DNA from: Granulicella sp.
GTDB taxonomy: Bacteria; Acidobacteriota; Terriglobia; Terriglobales; Acidobacteriaceae
Direction of reading: 5' to 3'
Length of the DNA stretch: 34,349 nt
NCBI GenBank assembly: GCA_027339965.1
Contig: DAHWNL010000045.1
Span: 1 to 34,349, forward strand
The notes below the pieces were generated by a model. The model was not told where the DNA came from and ran no database searches. It saw only the letters and a program-made list of their open reading frames with translations. Below are positions 27,356-34,349 of the stretch, in pieces. Each line of letters opens with the position of its first letter. The first letter of the stretch is position 1. The translations under genes were made by a program, and so were the position numbers.

Positions 27356-28555
27356 AGCAGGCATACTCGACCGGCACAATTTGCGCGGCAGCACGTTTGT
27401 CTATCAGCCGGGAGCAGCCAGCGAAAGAGCGGTTTCCGTCACGATGAACGTTCGCACGTCATCGTATGACACTCCGTTGGGGCTTCTACCCATTTTTGAA
27501 ATGAACCTGCCGGAAGGGGCCTTGCGCGAAAGGTTGCGCCTGGCCTTTGCCAAAGCGACTGGGACCTTCGATGACTTCGACCTATTGAGTATCGTGGGGC
27601 GCTCGCAGGTTGGCCGCATTCGCTATACCGAAGAGAAGGAGCAGTTCAAAGAGGACGTTCCCTTTCAATCGTGGATGAAATTCTTGAACGGAATCGCAGC
27701 GGAGATCTGCTGCGCTATCTCATCGACAAGTTTGCGGTATTCTCCGGGATCAGTGGCGTGCAGCCGAAATTCCTGGTGCGCGATGAGAAGGCCTTCAGCT
27801 CATTGAGCAAAAGCAAGACTCGCCTGACGCAAAGCTATCGTGGCGCTACGCATATCGTGAAGTTGTGGGAGCAGAACGAATTTCCGCAACTCGCTGCCAA
27901 CGAGTATTTCTGCCTCAAGGTGGCAGAGAAGTGCGGTCTGGAAGTGCCACCCTCTCGGTTGGCTGAGGACGGCCTTGCGCTTGTCATTGATCGCTTCGAT
28001 CTGCGGGCGGACGGGACCTATAGAGGCTTTGAGGATTTCTGCGTACTGAATGCACGACGCACAGATGAGAAATATCGCGGCAGCTGCGAGACCTCCGTCC
28101 TGAAGCGCTTTGTCGAGTTTGCCAACTCATCTCATATTGGCGAAGACCTTGAGCGTCTGTTTACGCTTATTGTCATCAACTGTGCATTGCGCAATGGCGA
28201 TGCGCACCTCAAGAATTTCGGCATCGTCTACGATGACGTTCAAGGTGAGGCCCGCCTCGCGCCGGTCTATGACTTGGTGACCACTTCAGTTTATTTGCCC
28301 AAGGACAGCATGGCCCTGACATTGAATGGGACCACGAAATGGCCGAGTGCAAAAGATCTGCGGCGACTGGGCGAAGTGCGACTCGGAAGCACGCCAGCAA
28401 GAGTGAGGGCAATTCTGGAAAGTGTCGATACTGCACTGATCTCTACGGCTGGAGAGATGCGCGTATACACAAAGATGCACGGAGAGTTTTCAGATATTGG
28501 CAACCGCATGCTTCAAGAGTGGGAGCAGGGTGCGAGACATTCGCTACGCGTCTGA
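27327..28555 (+). pseudogene. hipA: HipA-family toxin kinase, frameshifted at 27671 (ORFs 27327-27806 and 27671-28555)
   Basis: N-terminal domain AVSVTM..LLPIFEMNLPEG..VGRIR. Kinase core SGISGVQPK, HIVK, NEYFC, RFD, FEDF, NGDAHLKNF, LAPVYD. Codons TCG and GTG share one G. Confidence 0.9.
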
Positions 28556-28616
28556 CCAGAACCATCTGTCTTTTAGCCGTCATCCTTACAGAATCACGCA
28601 TGTGCTTCCTGCGGCT

Positions 28617-28845
28617 CTAGCGCCTCCGGCTGCGATAGCGGTAATCATCCAACCGTGAGACAGCGATCCCGCGTGCTCCGCAAAAGGCCTTCCGCTTCAG
28701 CCCGCTCTGCTCAAACTCACGCACCAGGCCTTCCCAGTCGGCCTCGCTGAAACCACTCCATGCAACGATTGCTCTCTCATCCCTTATGTCCCCACTTCAA
28801 CAGGCAATCGCCTTGCCGAATAGGGTGTCTTTGCATGGACGGAAA
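28617..28845 (-). pseudogene. IS66-family tnpA (orfA) remnant with a possible degenerate left end
   Basis: Minus strand EADWEGLVREFEQSGLKRKAFCGARGIAVSRLDDYR fits the IS66 TnpA HTH pattern (W..LV.E...SGL....FC...G.). No in-frame start and no tnpB or tnpC. Confidence 0.7.
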
Positions 28846-28923
28846 AGCGTCAACGGTCGAGTTCAGCTTCCAGCCAGTCGGCAGAAGCTCGAAACCGTCC
28901 CTATGGTGTGCTGCAGAGACTCT

Positions 28924-28946
28924 CTCCCGTTAGAAGCGGGAGTTTT
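28924..28946 (+). terminator. Terminator-like hairpin
   Basis: CTCCCGT-TAGAA-GCGGGAG followed by TTTT. Confidence 0.45.
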
Positions 28947-29271
28947 CAGGCAGAATCGCTGATCCCTGAATAACTCATCCAATTCGAGGTGGCGACGCCG
29001 CATTGTTCACTGTTCCTGCTACCGCAGCTACCCACAGCTTCTGCCAAGGCTGCCCCAAAAGCATCATTCCGAGGCGATCCCCTCAGCGTGTCAGAACCTC
29101 TGCATCTGCGTTGCGTCGCACCGTGATGCGTGCTGAAGGTGATAATCAACTGGGGTGAGGCCGCTCGCATAAAGCCAGCATAGTATCATGAACGGAATGG
29201 AATCTCCAGCTTCCAGTGGAAGCGCAAGATGCTCAGACGAGTTGCTATGGTGGATCCCAGGAGGGAAGGAT

Positions 29272-30846
29272 ATGGACGGCCCCAAGAAGATAGGTGCGAT
29301 AACTGGATCTCTCGAACAGGGCGAGGATTCCGATGTTGACCTGAAGCGTAGGGCGCTTCTCAAGCAGCCGGTCTTGGCAGCGGCGGCGCTCGGCGCATCC
29401 AAACTAAAAAGCTTGGATGCCTTAACGTCCTCCGCCCAGCCAAAAAAACGGCCGAACGTCATTCTTTATCATTCGGATCAGTTTCGTTGGGATTTTGTCT
29501 GCGCCGCTGGGCAAAATCCCATGGATTTCACACCGAATTTGGACACGATGTACCGGCGTGGGACGGTATTCGAGAACTTTGTCACGAATCAGCCTCTTTG
29601 TTCACCTTCCCGTTCCTGCCTGATGACCGGCCAGTATGCCACGACGACAAAGGTGTGGAGAAATGGCCCTGGGTTGCTGCCGGATGCGGTAACGATCGCC
29701 ACGGAGTTCAAGAAGGCGGGTTATAGCGCCAACTACATTGGTAAGTGGCACTTGGCTCCGCTGGATCGAGTCGGCGTTGGTGCCGTTCCGCTGCAGTATC
29801 GCGGAGGCTTTACGGATTTTTGGGTTGCCGCAAACGCCCCTGAAGAGAGCACCCAACCCTATAACAGTCAGTTTTGGAATAGAGACAATCAACCGGTAGC
29901 TTACGGAGACGATGTTTATCGTGTTGACTTCCTCACAAGGCAGGCGCAATCGTTCCTGCGGATGAAGCACGAAAAGCCATTTTTGCTGGTGATCTCACAG
30001 CTCGAGCCGCATCAGCAAAATGGCCCTTGTGGAGACAACGATGTCTTTGGTTTTGTGCCGCCGCGCGGATATGCCGAGAAGTTCCGCAGCCCCTATGTCC
30101 CGGCTGACTTAAAAGCCTTGCCTGGAGATTGGCCGTACGAGCTGAATAAATATTATGGTGACATCAAAGCGATCGATGAATCGCTCGGACGGATATTTCA
30201 GACGTTGAAAGAGGAAAATCTGGAAGACGAAACCATTGTCATCTTTACGAGTGATCACGCGTGTCACTTCCGAACGCGCAATGCCGAGTACAAGTGCAGT
30301 GGCCACGAAAGCTCGATTCATGTTCCGCTGATCATCCAAGGACCAGGATTTGATCGTCATCAGAGGATCCCGGAGCTGGTGAGCATGATTGACGTGTTTC
30401 CGTCGCTGCTGGATTCCGTGGGTCTGCCGATTCCATCCACGGTCCAGGGTCAAAGCTTTCTCCCTCTTGTGCGTGATCCGGAGGCACATAAGAAGTGGCG
30501 AAACGAAGTGTTTATTCAAATAAGTGGGACCGGTGGAGTCGCAAGGGCTTTGCGCACTCCAGAGTGGACTTACATCGCATTGGCGCCGGATGTGGACGTG
30601 CATCGCTTCCCGGGTAGTATGCGCTATAGGGACTATCAGATGTATAACAATCGAGCGGATCCGGCACAGCTAGTCAACATGGCAGGCCGAGTCAATCTCA
30701 GAGTGCCCACTGATCGACTGGTGCACTTCATCGGCGAACGCGCGGTGCCGGAGGTCACGGCGCATCTTCGCGAACGCCTCGTCGAGCGCATGGTTGAGGC
30801 CGGAGAAGCGCGTCCTCAAATCGACTACTGGCCTTATTATCCATGA
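29272..30846 (+). CDS. Cys-type (formylglycine) S1 sulfatase, probably Tat-exported
   Basis: AGGAGG RBS, KRRALLK twin-arginine-like leader, PNVILYHSDQ, CSPSRSCLMTG, GKWH, FTSDH. Confidence 0.93.
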   Translation: MDGPKKIGAITGSLEQGEDSDVDLKRRALLKQPVLAAAALGASKLKSLDALTSSAQPKKRPNVILYHSDQFRWDFVCAAGQNPMDFTPNLDTMYRRGTVFENFVTNQPLCSPSRSCLMTGQYATTTKVWRNGPGLLPDAVTIATEFKKAGYSANYIGKWHLAPLDRVGVGAVPLQYRGGFTDFWVAANAPEESTQPYNSQFWNRDNQPVAYGDDVYRVDFLTRQAQSFLRMKHEKPFLLVISQLEPHQQNGPCGDNDVFGFVPPRGYAEKFRSPYVPADLKALPGDWPYELNKYYGDIKAIDESLGRIFQTLKEENLEDETIVIFTSDHACHFRTRNAEYKCSGHESSIHVPLIIQGPGFDRHQRIPELVSMIDVFPSLLDSVGLPIPSTVQGQSFLPLVRDPEAHKKWRNEVFIQISGTGGVARALRTPEWTYIALAPDVDVHRFPGSMRYRDYQMYNNRADPAQLVNMAGRVNLRVPTDRLVHFIGERAVPEVTAHLRERLVERMVEAGEARPQIDYWPYYP

Positions 30847-31074
30847 AACCCAGAGGAGGTGAAGGGATGGCAGAGTTGCCTGCAAAGGCCAAGAGAGTCG
30901 AGACGAGCGGCCCAGGGTCCGAATGCCGCGGAGGCTGCGAAAGGCATGGGTACAGCAAGACCGGGAGAGGCAATCTGCGGACTTATCTCCTCCTGAAGCC
31001 TTCTGAGAGACAGGGTATGGGAACAAAGCAGCAAACAACGTTCCTCATTGTTTGGCTGAGCCATTCGCCATAGC

Positions 31075-31165
31075 CATGCCAGCGGCTTACGGGTTTCGGC
31101 AATTGGACAATTTCAAATTCCGCACGCCTGCCAGAGGCGGCAGAGGATCGATCCTTTGAGATTGA
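31075..31165 (+). pseudogene. Possible ISL3-family transposase C-terminal scar
   Basis: AAYGFRQLDNFKFR resembles the ISL3 terminal motif AYGFRxxxNFxxR; the match is very short. Confidence 0.3.
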
Positions 31166-31574
31166 ATACCGACACCAACATCTCTTCCCAGTGCCCGACC
31201 TTTTGAGAGTTGTCAGCATCCTTACGTGCGCTCTCCGCGATGTTGCAGCGCCGCGCTCGGCCGGCATCGCGAATTACTGCGATCGTTGCTTTGTAGCTGG
31301 GAAAGCAGCGTTCTGCCAGAGATCTTGACCGGACGTGGAAGGGACCAGTACGATCGCAACGCAGAGAACAATCAAGCCGTTGTCTTAAATCCCGCAAAAT
31401 CGTCACGATGGATCGAGTTCTTCCTCAAACTTCCATAGCCTGGACTGTTACGATCGAATCTCGGATCTGATTTGAACGATCCTTCAAAGTCTGTCTAAGC
31501 CATTGGAGACCCGATCGACTTTCAAGGACATCGCCAAGCATTCGCAACATTGAAGAATACAGGAGCTCTACAGG

Positions 31575-33929
31575 ATGAAAGAGAAGGATTTGGCAACCCG
31601 GACAAGCATCAGCCGCCGCGGATTTCTCGCCGGCGCCGGTTATAGCGCAGCGGTGGTGGCTATGGGCTGGCCGCTGGCTGGAGATGCGGAGCCCGTCGAT
31701 CCCCAGGGGGCAGCCGCCGGCCGAGGCGAGCTCTCCTCCTTGGATACAGGGCCAGTTTCGCTCAAAAACTTTGATGCAGCGCGCCAGCGTGCTGCCGGGA
31801 TTGTGGCAAAGATGACGCTGGCAGAAAAGATATCGCAGTTCGGAAACCGGGTGCCGGCCATTCCAAGGCTCCAGATGCCGGCCTTCAACTACTATGCCAG
31901 TGAGGCGTTGCACGGCCTGATTCATAAGGGCCTGGTAACCTCATTTCCCCTCCCGCTGGCGCTGGGATGTACGTGGAATCCTGTGCTGATACATCAGGTG
32001 TTCACTGCTGTCTCCGATGAAGTGTGGGCCTGGCACAAGAAAAGCGGTCAAGGGCTGGCGATGTTCTCTCCTCCAACGGTGAACATGGGAACCAGAGATC
32101 CCAGATGGGGAAGAATCTCCGAGAACTTTAGCGAAGACCCTCTGCTTGTGGGTAAACTCGCTGTGGCGACCATTCGTGGAATGCAAGGTGATGATCCTCG
32201 CTTCCTCAAGACCATCGCCTGCGCCAAGCACTTCATCGCCAACGATACAGAGGATGACCGCCGGGAAGTCTCGGCCACAGTGGACCCACGCAGTTTCTGG
32301 GAGTACTACAGCCGGGGATTTGAGGCGTGCGTCCGAGAAGGCCGAGTCTTCACGGTCATGAGCTCGTACAACGAGATGAATGGCATTCCGACGACAGCGA
32401 ATCGCTTTTTGTTGACCGAACTCCTGCGCGACCGCTGGGGGTTCCGTGGTTTTGTGGTGTCGGATTGTGATGCGGTGGCCGATATCATGCGAACGCATCA
32501 CTTTGTACCGACCTTCGCCCAGGCGGCGGCCTTGGCTGTCAATGCAGGATGCGACATCAACTGTGGACAGACGTTGCCGAACTTCCTCGGTGAAGCCTTC
32601 GACAAAATGCTCATCGGCGAAGAGACCATCGACCATTCACTCATCCGTTCGCTCACTGGCCGCATCCTGCTGGGTGATCTCGATCCCATGGAGGAGAGCC
32701 CCTACCACGCTATTCCCATCTCTTGCCTCGAAAGTCCCGAGCATCGCGCGCTATGCCGCGAAGCCGGGCGCCAGGCGGTGGTGCTCTTCAAGAACGAAGG
32801 GGAAACGCTGCCGCTTGACGCGACCAGCCTGCGCAAGCTGGCGGTGATCGGTCCGATGGCGGGGACCTGCCATCTGGGCGATTACAGTGGAACTCCGGAA
32901 GATCGTGTCTCTCCGCTCGACGGTATTCTCGATGAGTTCGGCATTCAACCTCCCCCGGCGATCCCGGCACCCAAGTTGAAGGTCAAGCCTGCAAGGTCAT
33001 GGGTAGACAAGTTTAATGGATATGACTACTCCGGTCCTCCATCACAAAGGTTTACGAATGGCAAGACTCAGATCACCTATGCCGTTGGCTGCGCCGTAGC
33101 TGGCCCCAAGGATAACGCCTTGTTCAACGCTGCCGTGGAAGCGGCCAAAGAAGCGGATACGGTCTTGATCTTTGTAGGAGATGATCAGGAGATTGACCGC
33201 GAAGCGAAAGATCGGGATTTCCTGCATCTGCCCGGAGTCCAGCATGAACTGGTGCAAGCCGTTCATGCTGTCAATCAGAAGACGATCCTTGTCGTCTCTT
33301 CAAACTGCCCTATTTCCATTGTTTGGGAGCAGGACAATCTGCCTGCGATTGTGGGCGGCATCTTCCTCGGGCAAGAGCAAGGGCATGCGCTTGCTGACGT
33401 TTTGTTCGGCGCCTATAACCCGGGAGGAAAGCTGAGCACCACATGGTACCGTCATACATCTGACCTGCCGGACTTTCACAGCTACAACATCCGTTCCGGG
33501 CGCACCTATCTGTATTTCCAAGGTGTGCCGCTGTATGCCTTTGGCCACGGACTAAGCTATACCACGTTTCAGTATGCTGACTTGCAGGTTGATGGTGATA
33601 CGCTTCGGCCCGGAGCCGCTCTTGCACTCCAGATGCGAATCACCAACTCCGGCAAGCGCTCGGGTGACGAGGTCGTCCAGTTCTACGTTCACGTCGGGGG
33701 TGGAACGGTGCAACGCCCCATCCAGCAGCTTGTGGGTTTTCAGCGGGTTCATCTTGAAGCAGGCGAGAGCCGGAACTTGCGCTTTCCTTTGAGATTTGAT
33801 GACCCAGCGCTGCATTACTGGGATGAGGCGCAAGAACAGTTTGTCGTTGAATCCGGCACGGTGGATCTGATGATCGGTTCATCCGCAGGCGACATCAGGC
33901 TGCAGCGCCAGATTCATCTTCAGGTTTGA
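31575..33929 (+). CDS. GH3 beta-glucosidase/beta-xylosidase, Tat-exported, with a C-terminal Fn3-like domain
   Basis: SRRGFLA, EALHG, RDPRWGRISENFSEDP, KHF, MSSYN, VVSDC (nucleophile), EAKDR, FGHGLSYTTF, GDEVVQFY. Confidence 0.96.
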   Translation: MKEKDLATRTSISRRGFLAGAGYSAAVVAMGWPLAGDAEPVDPQGAAAGRGELSSLDTGPVSLKNFDAARQRAAGIVAKMTLAEKISQFGNRVPAIPRLQMPAFNYYASEALHGLIHKGLVTSFPLPLALGCTWNPVLIHQVFTAVSDEVWAWHKKSGQGLAMFSPPTVNMGTRDPRWGRISENFSEDPLLVGKLAVATIRGMQGDDPRFLKTIACAKHFIANDTEDDRREVSATVDPRSFWEYYSRGFEACVREGRVFTVMSSYNEMNGIPTTANRFLLTELLRDRWGFRGFVVSDCDAVADIMRTHHFVPTFAQAAALAVNAGCDINCGQTLPNFLGEAFDKMLIGEETIDHSLIRSLTGRILLGDLDPMEESPYHAIPISCLESPEHRALCREAGRQAVVLFKNEGETLPLDATSLRKLAVIGPMAGTCHLGDYSGTPEDRVSPLDGILDEFGIQPPPAIPAPKLKVKPARSWVDKFNGYDYSGPPSQRFTNGKTQITYAVGCAVAGPKDNALFNAAVEAAKEADTVLIFVGDDQEIDREAKDRDFLHLPGVQHELVQAVHAVNQKTILVVSSNCPISIVWEQDNLPAIVGGIFLGQEQGHALADVLFGAYNPGGKLSTTWYRHTSDLPDFHSYNIRSGRTYLYFQGVPLYAFGHGLSYTTFQYADLQVDGDTLRPGAALALQMRITNSGKRSGDEVVQFYVHVGGGTVQRPIQQLVGFQRVHLEAGESRNLRFPLRFDDPALHYWDEAQEQFVVESGTVDLMIGSSAGDIRLQRQIHLQV

Positions 33930-34054
33930 AGCTGGACCAAGCCGGCCGGAGGAGCCATGAATGGATTGGCCTGGCGGTCCAGACTTTGGGGGGACCCCGA
34001 TTCCAGATCATGATCCGTGGGAACTCCCGGCGCGGCACCGCCTGCCTAGCTGAC

Positions 34055-34261
34055 CAGCAAGTATCCTGAGACGCTGCGAGTCAAGCAGGACGGCCGCAAG
34101 GACCAGCATGGCAACCGTCAGCAGTTCAACTTTGCGGACCCCTTGTAACGGAGACCATCGAGCTTCCGTCGTCCTTCAAAGATCTGCTCAACGGCGGATC
34201 CGACCACTCCATCACCCTTAAACGCCTGGACGTAGCCGTCCTGCAACGGCCTCTACCCTAA
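34055..34261 (+). pseudogene. 3' remnant resembling a beta-galactosidase (GH42-type) C-terminal domain
   Basis: PETLRVKQ...FNFADP, frameshift, VTETIELPSSFKDLLNGGSDHSITLKRLDVAVLQ. The N...T.LP...DLL.G....TL....VAVL pattern is typical of this domain. No upstream catalytic part. Confidence 0.5.
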
Positions 34262-34349
34262 AGCCTTTTCAGTGCAGGTGTAACGCGACACCTCGATCTC
34301 CATGGGCGTTTTCCCCAATGAAAACGCCACTGCACGCCCTCTCCGGTGT
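34259..34349. mobile_element. Second MITE-like copy, cut by the window end
   Basis: Begins TAAAGCCTTTTCAGTGCAGGTGTA. Perfect hairpin GGCGTTTTC-CCCAAT-GAAAACGCC (34305-34328). Aligns with the reverse complement of 26720-26811. Confidence 0.7.

Noticed and set aside
27660..27680. Programmed ribosomal frameshift in hipA
   Set aside because: No canonical slippery heptamer or stimulatory structure at the junction.

Overview
Bacterial chromosomal window. Gene content and protein styles suggest Acidobacteriota (inference): an Oar-type TonB-dependent receptor with a TPR partner, an acid PNGase and a sedolisin. It is a three-part mosaic. (1) 1-10.9 kb is an accessory glycan-utilisation region: a GH27 cut by an IS630 insertion, a TPR protein, a TonB receptor, a beta-helix lipoprotein and a Zn dehydrogenase, with GntR-like and LacI-like operator candidates and an IS630 scar. 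(2) 11-25.4 kb is mostly housekeeping: PNGase, Prx-like protein, S53 peptidase, gmhB-dciA-gatC-gatA, fmdE-like, mscS, bactofilin, a hypothetical gene and two cyclophilins. (3) 25.4-34.3 kb is a second accessory region: an internally deleted IS1634, two MITE-like palindromes, hipBA with a frameshifted hipA, an IS66 scar, a Tat-type sulfatase, a GH3 and a beta-galactosidase 3' remnant. The best candidate for an undescribed system is the S53 C-terminus, where an Ig-like domain is split by a hydrophobic hairpin and an internal lipobox flanked by two extra cysteines, suggesting a self-donated lipopeptide anchor. No rRNA, tRNA or CRISPR array was recognised. All family calls come from motif recognition by eye, not database searches.
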